Notes under the pieces: model-generated
What the model was told of the DNA's origin: nothing
Seen by the model: only the letters and a program-made list of their open reading frames with translations
Database searches by the model: none
Part shown: piece by piece, positions 1 to 10,885 of the stretch
Numbering within the stretch: the first letter of the stretch is position 1
Layout: each line of letters begins with the position of its first letter
From: Fimicolochytrium jonesii
Lineage: Eukaryota
Length of the DNA: 64,000 nucleotides
NCBI RefSeq assembly: GCF_025526975.1
Contig: NW_026515678.1
Coordinates: 186,001-250,000, forward strand
Direction of reading: 5' to 3'
Position numbers and translations under genes: made by a program

Positions 1-447
1 AGCCATGACATTTGGTTTCCAGAACTGATGACGGTTCATCAGTGGGGATACGAAGATGTCCTCTGATGAAGGCTGAGCTGAGGAGCTTTACGCTCTCCAA
101 GATGATTTATGGTATTACGCAAAATGCCTTGCAATGAGGGCATACTCCTGTATTTAGGAAAAGTTTTCTTTTGATCCATATTTAATGAGGATCGCACCTG
201 CTATATATGTTATGAACTGTGATGTGACAAATAATTTCATGGTCACCGGATCACCTCCTGCTTTACATTGACGCCGAGATATTTGTATACATAGGCGTCG
301 AAACTAGCTACCAGGCCTTCCAAACATTTGCTACAGAGCTATGACTATTCTGTGACTGAGATCCGGAAGTATTTCCCCCGCGCCCATAGACTTCATAGAC
401 CCGAGTACAGACAGGTGGATCGCGTATGGACGTTCCGGATTTTGCGC

Positions 448-1333
448 CTAATGATGGGTGATCATGTAACCCGCGCCGCATGAATAGCACTGGTAAAATC
501 TCTTCTTGGCGTTCCAGGTCACAAGGGGTTGGTAATACTCATTGTTGTGGCAGGTGGGACAGTGAATCTTCTGCCTTCTCCTTCCCATGGAAGAACTCTT
601 GTCATTGCCGGACAGATACGGCGGGGGATTCTTTTTGAGGTCTTCAATAAGGTCGGTGAAGCACAAGAATTCAGCTTCCTTCTTCAAGGCCGCAACGGCC
701 ATTTCATCGGTTGGAAGGTTAATCCCCTCGCCGCTCACTCGGGCACGCAGGTAATCAAAGATGAAATCATACGGCTCCGGCGTTCTGTCGATGAAGATTG
801 TCCCATCATCGCCCGCTTGCGGGCCCCAGTGTTCGCGGAATAAGGCCTCAAACATGCTCCCCTTGGCGGCAAGGAGGGTGTCCAAACTGATCGAGAACAC
901 CTTGCCCCCAGCGTCAAACTTGACCTTCTTCATCGCTTGCGTAGACAACATCGATGTGTAGTCTCGCTTTTCGATCCATTGCTTGTAACGCTCGCCAAGT
1001 TCTGCTTCGGCTTTCACAATCGTTTCTTCGTGCGGAGCCCCCTGCTTGGTGATGCGCTCCACGCTGTCGCGAAGGGAGGAAATGCGGTCGCTGGAAATGA
1101 CGCTAGTGAGCACATTGTGGGATGACAGCAGCGTCTCGTAGGTCTTGGTGAGCAGTTGATCGCCTCCGCCGCGTCTTTCAAGGATTTTGCGTTCTGGCTC
1201 AGATCAGCCCTGAGATGGTCCAGTTGGTCGGCGAGAGAGTCGCTCTCGGCAACAAGCCCTGAAAGGAGGGCGGAGGAGCGGATGTTGTTCTCAGCTACAG
1301 TTTCGGGCTGCTCTGTGCTGTTGGGTAGTCATG
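448..1333 (-). CDS. BTB/POZ (KCTD/T1-type) domain protein with N-terminal coiled coil and C-terminal CxxC...CxxC Zn ribbon; 5' part appears frameshifted
   Basis: ORF 448-1113 has the KCTD-type BTB signature KVKFDAGGKVFSISLDTLLAAKGSMFEALF...IFIDRTPEPYDFIFDYLR...LKKEAEFLCFTDLIE and C-terminal CPTC...CYSC. The likely ATG at 1333 follows a GTAAAC...CAG intron (1342-1396). The helical N-terminal segment lies in a shifted frame. Confidence 0.8.
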
Positions 1334-1963
1334 ATCAAGACCTGAGATCAGTTACACCAATATGCTTAAAACCCTCGGTTTCAGAATCAGGTTTACCTTC
1401 TGGCAGCAGCCTGTTGGGATGAAGACCGCCAGATAGCCGGGGAATTAGACCGCGACATAGCTGTTAACAGGAGTGGACTTGCACGGGTTATGCGCAATTG
1501 AAGTTCCTCAAATGTTGATTTTTGAAGGCCAGGAAGACGAACCAGAATCGAATTCCCAAGAACGTCGACTCGAGGCGTCGCAAAAGCCATGACCATCTGC
1601 CAATGCAGATTGCTGCAAGAAAGGTGGAGGCTGGAATCTATTTCGGAGGCCGTATCATGCTCATTTGTGAATGTGTGGAGAACATGTTTCTACGCATGCA
1701 TCCAGGACTCACCGACAGCACACGCGCTGTCGGAATCCGGCGTGCTTGTCCTGTCAATCCTTGGTCTAACGATTTCCCCGTAGACCAGACCGGGGCTTTA
1801 TAGTGAGAAGTCCTAGCAAGAGCTGCCCTCAGGCCAGGAATACACTATCTCCAACCAACCGCTCCGTCGTTGCTAAATGTGAAAAGTGAGAAAACAAATC
1901 TGGACGCGTGTCCGAAAATGCGTCCGAAAGGCGAGGCAAGCGACGCCTCGACGCAGCGACAGA

Positions 1964-2959
1964 ATGGGCATGTCGGACCCAATCATTTCCCCCCGGCAGA
2001 AAGAGCATGAACCTCATCACGACGCAGGCCCAATGCCATCACCTGCCCGACCCACCCGCAAACGCCCTCCGCTACTCCTCAACGCCGCCAAACCAGGCTG
2101 GATAAACGCGCGCAAACGACGTCGGCTCGTACAAACCGTTCTGGTTGACGACGTCCGGATTCCACTTCGAGGGCGGTTACCCAGGGGTGAGAGTGTTGGG
2201 ATGATGGAGGATGGGTTGAGGGTGGGAAGCGGGAGTGGGAATGGGGAGGGTGGTGCGCGGTCGGTGGGCAGGCAATTGTCCGTCGTGGACTTTTTTCGAC
2301 CGAGGGTGGACGGTGTTGGAGCTTTCGCGCCCGAAGGAGACGAGACCGAGGACAAGACTCTTGTTCGTGTGGATGCGAGGCCGTCTGGATCTAGTTCCGG
2401 TGGATTTGATGGTGTACGCAAGGGGTCGGCGGCAAACCTTGAAGACAACCCGTTGCGGCAAAGTCGTCCTTCCCCACCAACCCCGTCGGAAGTGCAATAC
2501 GTTTCGGAAACCCAATGCGACTCTGAAAGTGAGCCGGAACACGATGTTCGGCCTCCGAAGAGAATCCAAACTTCAAACGGAGACGTACCATTGGCAGAAA
2601 CGGCTATGGACGACACAGATAACCGGTCCGTCAGCAGCGACGAAACGGAAATCGTGCCATCTTCTACGGCCGACCCTGTCCCACCACTCGGCTCCACACC
2701 CATCACCCACAGGAGAACCTACAGTGAGGGCCCGGAGCTCATTTCCCCCACCTTGGAAAGCCAGCCCAACCCTCTCCCCGCCAAATCTGCGCAAAATCCC
2801 ACCAACACGCGAACTGCCAAGTGGGTGGAGGATACATTCCGATACTCCAGTAGCGCACCGTATGCCGATATCATCATGCCGAGCTTGCCGTCACCGCCCA
2901 GTCTGGAGAACATACCGCCTTCGTTGCTTGCGAAGATGTCGCTGGATTTTCCGATTTGA
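1964..2959 (+). CDS. Disordered Ser/Pro-rich putative nuclear protein with NLS-like RKRRR and PIP-box-like QLSVVDFF
   Basis: Long ORF of low-complexity composition. First ATG about 1964 (MGMSDP). Motifs read from the translation. Confidence 0.55.
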   Translation: MGMSDPIISPRQKEHEPHHDAGPMPSPARPTRKRPPLLLNAAKPGWINARKRRRLVQTVLVDDVRIPLRGRLPRGESVGMMEDGLRVGSGSGNGEGGARSVGRQLSVVDFFRPRVDGVGAFAPEGDETEDKTLVRVDARPSGSSSGGFDGVRKGSAANLEDNPLRQSRPSPPTPSEVQYVSETQCDSESEPEHDVRPPKRIQTSNGDVPLAETAMDDTDNRSVSSDETEIVPSSTADPVPPLGSTPITHRRTYSEGPELISPTLESQPNPLPAKSAQNPTNTRTAKWVEDTFRYSSSAPYADIIMPSLPSPPSLENIPPSLLAKMSLDFPI

Positions 2960-3300
2960 GGGTGGGATGCTTCGTGTGCGTTATGAGAAAGTTAGGAGGC
3001 TACGATGTGGTGGCCCTGTACAGGAATCGTGGGCATCGCGTGCTTCGAGCGATTGCAAAAAGCCCTTGTGCTTCATTGCGAGCTTCCGTTCGTACTTCCC
3101 AAACAAGCATGCATTCAAAAGCCCGAAGGGGTCTACGCAACTAAACTGGACTAGACGAAAAACACAAGCGCACTACCAAAAAAACAGAAAATGCTCAAAT
3201 CTACCCCTGCCCTATCCAAAAATCCTAAACCAATTACCAAAACCATTCCGCATGTGTCTCGACCCCCGTGTCTACCGGCCCCGCAAGAACGACGGCGTTT

Positions 3301-5179
3301 TTAAACCCGAACCGCAAGCCCACCCCTCGCCTTCACCGGCGTCGCAAACCTCTCCACAGCCGCCGCCAGCCTCAAAAACTCGCTCACGCTCTGCACATGC
3401 ACCCACTGCTCCACCCCGCTCGTCCCGTCCTTCACAATCAACGTATTCGGCAACGCGCACTCATCGGTCGCCGTCGCGTCCCGAGTCGTGGAGTTGCGCA
3501 GAGAGATGGTTGCGATGCTTTTGGGGTTGGCACGGGCGGAGGGGTAACGGGATTGCGGGGAGGAGAGTTCCGGGAAGATGGAGAGCTTTTCGTTGTGGAT
3601 CTCGAGGTACCGGCGGTTCCAGTACGGGCTGGTGGAGGGCATCAGGTCGGCGTAGAGGGCGAGGGTGGGTTCCTGGGCGCGATGGGGGAAGGACGGGTTA
3701 GGAACTGGGGGCGTTTCGATTACGGGGATTTGGGTGGTGGGAAGATGATCCCCTACGCGGCTTTTTTGTTTACTTACGTCGGCGTGGGACTCCTCCAATC
3801 GCTCGAATTCGACTCGGAACGCTTCCTTTTGGCTTTCCTTTTTGAGAGAGCGTTCACGCTGGTACTGTTGCTCCTTCGCCCTGCGGATTGGGGGGATCGA
3901 TGGGAAGCAAAAGCGTCAACAGTTGTCGGGGCGCGGGCTACCAGATCTTTTCCCGCGAAACAACACACACGTCACACCGTAAACGACAAATACAAAATCA
4001 CATACCTCCTCTCCTCGACAACCCGAACCGCCTTCGCAACCTCCTGATTCCACCGCTCCCTAATCCCCAGATTCTCCTTCACCCGTCTCGCCATCTCCTC
4101 CACGGCCCCCTGATCCGCGTCGCCCGCCGTACTCAACAGCGAATTAGCGGAATTCGACATCTTGTTCAACCGCGCCGCGTGCGACGGCGGGTGCAGGAGC
4201 GAGGCGTCGGAGGAGGCGGACGCGAGGCTGGGGGACGTGGGCGAGGGCGGGATGCTGGACTGGGTGGGGGTGACGTACGGCGTGCTGTTGTTGGCGTGCG
4301 TGGGGGCCACGGGGGTGGAGGCGAGGTCGGAGAGCTCGGAGGGGTGGGAGATGGAGAGCTCTGTGTCGAAGGATTTCAGCGTCTGGTTTTGGGGGGTGGG
4401 AGAGGGAAGAGGAGGGGGGAATGTACGGTTAGGTTTCGCCGCGGGGAGGAAGGACGCTGGCGCGGTGCAGAAGGGGAGGCGAAGGGGACCGGACGGGAAC
4501 CTACCGACGAGATCTGGCGGCCGTGCTTGTGAGCCGACGCTCGAGCCGTATGGTCCAACTGTTACATGTAACGAGATGAAATCAAACAATAAAGCAAGTC
4601 AGTATCCGCTCATCTATGGACACGAACCACTATCGCCTCCCCATATCCACGTCCCCATACCTTATCCGGCACAACCTCAACAAAGAAAACATGGTTCTCA
4701 TGCTTGACAAACCCATAGCTAACGCTAGCGGTACCCAGTTGGCGCTGGAACTCGGGGAGCCCGTCCTGCCCCGATGCGAGGAGGATGACGGTTTCGTGGT
4801 CGAGCGGCGTGCTGGGGAGTTTTGGGGCTAGGCCTGTGCGTGGATTGGGGGTAAGGTGGGATGGAAGTTAGCGAGGAACCGGGGTATGGGAGGGCGGTGG
4901 GATGGGCGGTGGGAGGATGTGATGTACGTACCCAAGATGATCCTAAAAACATTTGAATAAGGAGAAATGGAGGAAGCGTAGGAAAGGGAACGGTTATAAA
5001 AGATTGATCATCAATTGCACGACACTTTTCCCCCAGCATAAACCCAAAGGCGCCCGCCGCGTGCATCCTCGCCCACATATCCGTGATCGCAAATCATACC
5101 AATCAAGCTTGCCATCATCCGCACGCAAGTCGGTAAGGGCGGTCGCGATCTGCGGGTCGGAGATGTCTAGGTTGCTCAT
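3301..5179 (-). CDS. Multi-exon ADF-H (cofilin-like) + coiled coil + C-terminal PH domain protein
   Basis: Exons joined at GT-AG give MSNLDISDPQIATALTDLRADDGKLDW-IILG...VILLASGQDGLPEFQRQLGTASVSYGFVKHENHVFFVEVVPDKLDHTARASAHKHGRQISSTLKSFDTELSISHPSEL (ADF-H-like). The C-terminal exon has YADLMPSTSPYWNRRYLEIHNEKLSIF...LPNTLIVK...WVHVQSVSEFLRLAAAV (PH-like). Confidence 0.7.
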
Positions 5180-5623
5180 GGTTTCGAGTGCGAGGCTGTG
5201 ATGTGAGGAAATGTAGAGGGGATGTGGCCTTGTGCGATGTGATGCCGTGCGATGGATGGGACTGAGAATGAAATCGGATGTGATGAGATGTGGGGTTTGG
5301 AGGACTGTAGACTAAGGGAATGGTTTTTTGTGGACGGTTTCGGAAGCCACGAGCAATTGAGGGGCGCTATGGGGGCGTTATAGATGCGTCTCCACAAGAG
5401 AAATGTGGCGTGGAGGTCAGGCCTGCAAAATGCAGATTTGGGTACAAGGCGACTAATGAAATGCGGCTTTTTTCTCTCGGAGAATTTTGGGCCGACGCCC
5501 CGTAGTTTATTTTTACTCGAGCATAACGGTAGATGGTAGGTGTAGTGCAAAGGAACACACAAGCTTCGGCTTCTATAGGCCTTCCCGCGCCCATCTTCAC
5601 AAGATTAAGGTTAAAACGCATTA

Positions 5624-6446
5624 CTACAGAGCCTTTTTCCTCTTGCCCGCGGCAACACCGGCACCCTCGACCTGCCTCACCGCATTCGTGACCCGCTTAG
5701 CGCTCAACGCCATGATAGAAAGCGGAATGACGATCCAAAAGGCGTTCAGGAAGACAAAGTAGAACCAGAAGTGGAAGGGGCTGGTGGAGCAGTGCGGGGC
5801 GCCCTCGAAGAGCGTCGTTGCGTAGTAGAGGACGTCGCCGTAGAGTTGACCGGTGGAGACGAGGAACTCGAGGATGGGCGAGGCGGGGGAGGAGCTGTAG
5901 ATTAGGTAGGCGGAGAGGAAGGAGAGGGGGCCCCAGATGTACTGTGGAGGGATTAATGTGAGAAAATAGGGCGATTGTAGAGGCCAGAAAAAACGCGTCC
6001 CGATTGGACGTCTCTTAGAGACAGAAACTCACCCCGGTAACGCTCTCCATGATAACAACAAACGAGTCGGCGCTCATGTACCTCGAGTCACTGTACGCAT
6101 ACTCCTTCCACAGCTCGGCAAGGACAAAGTCCTGTCCGGCAATGGTGCGGTGGTTGAATGCAAAGTATCCCTCCAAAAACAAATGAATGAACCCGCAGAC
6201 GACGAACCACAGGAAGCGCGGGGTGCGGGTCTTGTCGGTGGCGGCGTAGGTGCCTTTGCCGGGGGAGGAGGAAATGAGGGCATAGGAGATGCCGAGGATG
6301 ACGGCGACGGTGCTGAAGAAGTAGGTGAGGATGGTGGCCATTGTCATTGTGGGGGAGGTGTAGTGAGGCAGGTGGAGGGACTGGGGGAAGTAAGGGTGCG
6401 GGATGTGGAGCCCGGCGGCGGTGCCGTTGAGGAAGCTGGTGGTCAT
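5624..6446 (-). CDS. EBP: Emopamil-binding-protein family sterol delta8-delta7 isomerase (2 exons; intron 5942-6032)
   Basis: Motifs HPYFP, WFVVCGFIHLFLEGYF, LWKEYAYSDSRY, MESVTG|YIWGPLS, STGQLYGDVLYY and FWFYFVFLNAFWIVIP. Stop TAG at 5624-5626. Confidence 0.93.
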
Positions 6447-7206
6447 CGTTGCTGTTGGCTCGTAATGGGAGTGGGAATGTGGTGCGTAGGTGGTGCCAGA
6501 CGAAGGACGACGAAGGAGGGTTGGAGCAGGCTGGAGACCTTTTTCAGCGTGCGTCTTTGGAAGCAAACGCTGTTACGCAGCGGCCGCGGCTGCCCTCATC
6601 CATGAACCACATAGATATACTGTACATACTGTATTGTGCTCGTCTATGTAGCAGGTTCAGCTGACTGCCCTCTCTCTGTCTCTCCCTCTCCCTCTGAAGG
6701 CAAGTGAGGTGAGCAGTGGGTGAGCGGCGCAGAGACGCGTCGGTCGTACGATGGGACTCTCTCACTCACTTGTGGGAATCGCAACGCCGCCTCCCATGGC
6801 CCTCCATATCTACTGTACAGTACTACAGACAGACGGACGGACGAAACGAGTTCAACCGATAGTGAGACGAAGTTGGAAGTTGGAACCTGTTCCACCCTCG
6901 TTAAGGTTGATGGAGGGAACCGTGGGAACTCCCCCCCCAGTCGAAGTCCAACGCCAGTGCGCGCACAAAAGCGGCTGCTGAACTTCCCGACAGTTGTCCT
7001 CCCGTAACAAACCCCCCCCACGGCCCGCAATTCGTGAAGGACACCTACCCGCAAAACAAGCAGCATGCCGCAAGATGCCGACCTACACGTGCAGTATATT
7101 TGCAGTGCGGGACCGCCTAAGGGAGTCTGGCAGAGTCCTTCCTTCATCAACCCCGCCCGTCCTTTCCGAACAAAGATTGCTTGCTTCACGGTGAACTGAA
7201 CGACAA

Positions 7207-9504
7207 ATGCACCTGCACTGGTTCCTCGACGCCGTGCTAGTGCGATTGACGGAGCCCAGTCACATCGCATGGGTCACCGCGGCCCTGACCGTCGTTCTCG
7301 GCTTCGCCATCGTTGCCATTTTGAGCGCTGCCATGAACGGCTTGATCAACCGAGGCGCTTTCGGAGTGGTGGACCCTACTTCTTTGAAAGTCAAACAGCT
7401 ACCTGTATACTCTTGGCTCGTCAATAACATCTCCGGTTCGAAGAACATCATGTTTGCAGCGTCTCTCGTTCGCCGCACGGCTGGGAATGCTGGTCTCGCT
7501 GCTTTCATCGCCGTCGGTGGCACAGCCATGATCGCCTCAAAACTGTTGGTCGCATCAGCTGTCATTGGATGGGCGACGTGGGATTTCGGTCTTTGTCCCA
7601 TCAACGCTACGAGCGTTCTCTCCGAGCACGACGTCAGGGACAGCGCCAACGCCACCGAAGCCGATTACCGCTTTGCGAACATCAACTCCGCTAGATGGTC
7701 ACGCGCAGTCAGGGAGTTCATGGACAACCCCGCCGTCACATCCCAAAACTGGGTCGACGATGTCAACGTCACCATTACCAATGGATGTCCCGAATGGTTG
7801 GCGGTCCCCTGCCACCCGAACCCGAACCTCGCGAAAACGATCCGTGTGCGGTTCAGCGATCAAGCTCATGAGTACCTCGCCACGTCAATGGGGACGGTGA
7901 GCATTGAGCACGATATGAACTGCACGTTCATGGATGCAAGGGCCATTAGCGTGATGCACAATTTCACGCAGGGCGGTTTTCCCTCCGCCATGTACAATGT
8001 CACCTTTGGGTTCTATAATACCCCTTTGTCTCCCGACATTGCACCCGAAACAACCTTCAATGTGCCCGTCTCAACGTTTTATCAGGACAGGGTGTCTATC
8101 TTAACAAACGAGTTCCTGCCCAGTGACAATGCATCTGATCTGCGTCAGTGGACGAGCACCGTCACCGAACCGGGGTTCCGGCCCCACCTGTCCTTCTATC
8201 ACTATATATGGGCCCCTGGTTTCGCGCAAACGGCAACGGCATATGACGACCCGTTGTACAACTTCACAAGGTCGGGCGACGGCGACTATGGCTACTATTC
8301 TCAAGTGGTGTTCAGACCGATCACATGCATCACGGGTTTTTCTGTTGTGGAAAGGACCGAAGAATTTGGCGAAATCCGCATCACAGGCTCCACATCGGAC
8401 CTCCTCAACGGCTGGACCGAGTCGGCAACGGCGCGGGGGATGGGCGTCCGTCAGATCGACCAACTGTGGAGACAGTTCGCAGTCGTCTTCCGAGCCGCTG
8501 TCTTCATGCGACAATTGGCGTTTGACATATTCGGCTCCGATCTAGAAGCAATCAACTCGCGCTTCTACCGAGGATCCCTGTCCACCGACGGCCTGACCCT
8601 CGAGTCGCATTTCGCGTACATGGCGCATCTCCAGCAACGCGTTACAAGAGCACAGGTCATGGCCGCGTTCCTCGGCAACCTCGACCAGAACTACACCACC
8701 GTCAAGAAGGGCCTACGCGTCCCCGACGGGAGGGTCAAATGCAACGGATACACCCTCTCCGTCGTGCGCATCCTCGTCGTCCTTCTTCCCGTGCTGCTCG
8801 TCTTGCTGTGCATCCAGCTATGGGATGAGTTGCTCCCTGTTGGCGTTCTCGACCGCGTGAGACGGCGATACCCTGGGAACCGCACCCTCTGGTGGATGGT
8901 GCAGAGCCGGTTCAACAGGCAGGCTGTGGAGATTATGCAGCTGGGAACGTTGGTGGAGAGCTTGCTGGGGGCGGGAGTCGCAGGCATGGTCGTTAGGCCT
9001 GGTGGTGCTGGTGCTCGGCAGGCGAAGGCGGATGTCAACTGTACGCTTGTCCGGGCATATGGCGAACCGCACCCTAATCGGTGTGACGACATGCTACGGG
9101 ACGTGGACGTGAGATTGCAGATAAGCCGGGGAACGAGATGGCCCCTGGCGTCCGTGTGGTGTCCGTTGCTCCGGACCGTTGATACCTGCCTGAACTTGAT
9201 ACCCCTTCTCGCCCCTCTGGTTTTGCGATTATACCTGATGCTTGCTTCGATTATACCTGACCCGCTTTCTGGTTTGCCTTGTATCGATCTTCTCTATTGC
9301 TGCCGCGTATCCTCCTTTGGGAAGTCTGCGTGGGCTAGTAGCTACGACGCGTTTCAGACGCGGTTTGCGAACGTAAGTAAGGGTCTGTCCGCCAAGATCC
9401 TCAGGACGTTCAGGACGGTAGGAGGACACCTTCCCCCAGTTACCTTGAGTACGCAGAGGCGGCCCTCGACCATGTGCACCAAAGACATGGAGAACCGTCC
9501 ATAG
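7207..9504 (+). CDS. Intronless multi-pass membrane glycoprotein of unknown function
   Basis: 765-aa ORF with two N-terminal hydrophobic segments, a large region rich in NxS/T sequons and Cys, and a further TM segment (VVRILVVLLPVLLVLLCIQLW). The C-terminal ~150 aa look less convincing. Confidence 0.65.
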   Translation: MHLHWFLDAVLVRLTEPSHIAWVTAALTVVLGFAIVAILSAAMNGLINRGAFGVVDPTSLKVKQLPVYSWLVNNISGSKNIMFAASLVRRTAGNAGLAAFIAVGGTAMIASKLLVASAVIGWATWDFGLCPINATSVLSEHDVRDSANATEADYRFANINSARWSRAVREFMDNPAVTSQNWVDDVNVTITNGCPEWLAVPCHPNPNLAKTIRVRFSDQAHEYLATSMGTVSIEHDMNCTFMDARAISVMHNFTQGGFPSAMYNVTFGFYNTPLSPDIAPETTFNVPVSTFYQDRVSILTNEFLPSDNASDLRQWTSTVTEPGFRPHLSFYHYIWAPGFAQTATAYDDPLYNFTRSGDGDYGYYSQVVFRPITCITGFSVVERTEEFGEIRITGSTSDLLNGWTESATARGMGVRQIDQLWRQFAVVFRAAVFMRQLAFDIFGSDLEAINSRFYRGSLSTDGLTLESHFAYMAHLQQRVTRAQVMAAFLGNLDQNYTTVKKGLRVPDGRVKCNGYTLSVVRILVVLLPVLLVLLCIQLWDELLPVGVLDRVRRRYPGNRTLWWMVQSRFNRQAVEIMQLGTLVESLLGAGVAGMVVRPGGAGARQAKADVNCTLVRAYGEPHPNRCDDMLRDVDVRLQISRGTRWPLASVWCPLLRTVDTCLNLIPLLAPLVLRLYLMLASIIPDPLSGLPCIDLLYCCRVSSFGKSAWASSYDAFQTRFANVSKGLSAKILRTFRTVGGHLPPVTLSTQRRPSTMCTKDMENRP

Positions 9505-10123
9505 TGAGACCAATAAGTAAATTGCCTGAGGACATTAGCGTGGGTTATGCTGCGTCAACGGGCTGATCTGTCTATAGACCACATGCCCAACCCTTCCCTT
9601 CACACTTGGCGCACTCGGATCGCTTTCGAATGAATTTCGTTCACGAGCGGGAGAGATACAGTCGTTGATTTGGGGCGAATAGCTTGTTAGCACCGGGGTC
9701 TCAGGGTCCATGTCTGGCGGACGAAAATTCGTGGTGCTACACCCGCACCCCCGAACTTACCCATCTTCCAAACCTCGGTCAACGGGACTGTACAGATCAA
9801 AGATAGGTGTGCAGAAGGGCAGACAGCGATAGCAGCCGACAACACAACGCAGCGATGGTGGACGGGAAGCGAGCATGACGGCTTGGCGAAAGATACCTAC
9901 CGCTGCTGATGAATAGTTGGGTATACTCCGGTGTGCCACTTCGGGAGCGGCTGTCGTCGGACGACGGTGTTCAAGCTTAGCTCCAGACGCGCTCCAGACG
10001 TCAGATACGCGCTCTCTGTGGCGACGCGTGAAGTACAGTACTGTAGGTAGGACGGCATGGATAACGCTACAATCATGGACATACAGAATATCACTAACAA
10101 CCAAGCTCCAAATTCGCACTTTC

Positions 10124-10195
10124 GGGGATTTAGATCAGTGGCAGATCGTCTGCTTTGCATGCAGAAGGCCAGCGGTTCAATCCCGCTAATCTCCA
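10124..10195 (+). tRNA. tRNA-Ala(UGC)
   Basis: GGGGATT/AATCTCC acceptor stem with the G3:U70 alanine determinant, D-arm TAGATCAGTGGCAGATC, anticodon stem-loop TCTGC-TTTGCAT-GCAGA and T-loop GGTTCAATCC. No encoded CCA. Confidence 0.96.
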
Positions 10196-10198
10196 TTG

Positions 10199-10209
10199 TT
10201 TTTTTTTTT
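10199..10209 (+). terminator. Pol III oligo-T terminator of tRNA-Ala
   Basis: T11 run 3 nt after the discriminator base. Confidence 0.9.
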
Positions 10210-10230
10210 AGCGTTTTGCCCATTCGTAGA

Positions 10231-10586
10231 CGCTCCTCTTGCACGGTGGGAGAAGCGTTTTGTTTTTGTGGGGTGTGATGCGGTGATGTCGCGTTTTCGA
10301 GCGTGGATGTGGTGATGTGGACGGCGGAGTGAGGTTGGATCGGCTCCACTCCGCGATAAGTTTTGGCCTCCGGTAGCGCTCCTCTTGCATGTTCTTGGAG
10401 TCTTGGCAGAAGCGTTTTGTTTTTGGCGGGTGTGATGCTGCGTTTTTTCATGAGTACCTTATGTACATACAGTGTGTATGTACGTGGTGATGTTGGAACG
10501 CGAAGTGGGAAGGCTCTTCGGCGATACGGTTTGCACGTCCATTACGCTCCTCTTGCATGCTTTGGATCGTTGGGAGAAGGGTTTGT
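10231..10586. repeat. Three degenerate ~150-170 bp tandem units
   Basis: CGCTCCTCTTGCA occurs at 10231, 10377 and 10545. In units 1 and 2 it is followed by AGAAGCGTTTTGTTTTTG..GGGTGTGATGC; unit 3 has AGAAGGGTTTGT. GTGGTGATGT recurs in units 1 and 2. Confidence 0.75.
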
Positions 10587-10885
10587 CTCAAAGTCGACTT
10601 TGTGCCGCGGCCTGTGCTTCGTAAGACTTGGCGGTCGATGGCGACCCAAGATGGACACGATGCCTTGGCGGCGGGCCACTCGCGTTTCGACCGCCGAGAG
10701 ACCGAAAAGCGACAAGGACTTACTTGACTCTTGAGGTGTCGCAGCATGCTTCAACTGGGGACGGCTCGACAGAGGATTGCTTTCTGTTCCTGTCTTTCAG
10801 CTCTTCTCGAAATGCACCGATAAAGAACATTGCAAGGTGAATCTCCACTCGCCCAAACGGCATCACCACCTTCGGGATCCGCGCA

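Noticed and set aside
1570..1951. 12-bp inverted repeat TCGAGGCGTCGC/GCGACGCCTCGA as possible MITE ends
   Set aside because: About one such match is expected by chance in a window this size, and I see no target-site duplication.
2235..3701. 488-aa plus-strand ORF, and similar long shadow ORFs (19218-20351, 10751-11614, 21645-22301)
   Set aside because: These are alternative-frame or antisense overlaps of better-supported genes, expected in GC-rich DNA, and have no recognisable motifs.
10231..10586. CRISPR array next to a nuclease
   Set aside because: Only three degenerate units with irregular 146/168-bp spacing, no cas genes, and a eukaryotic context.
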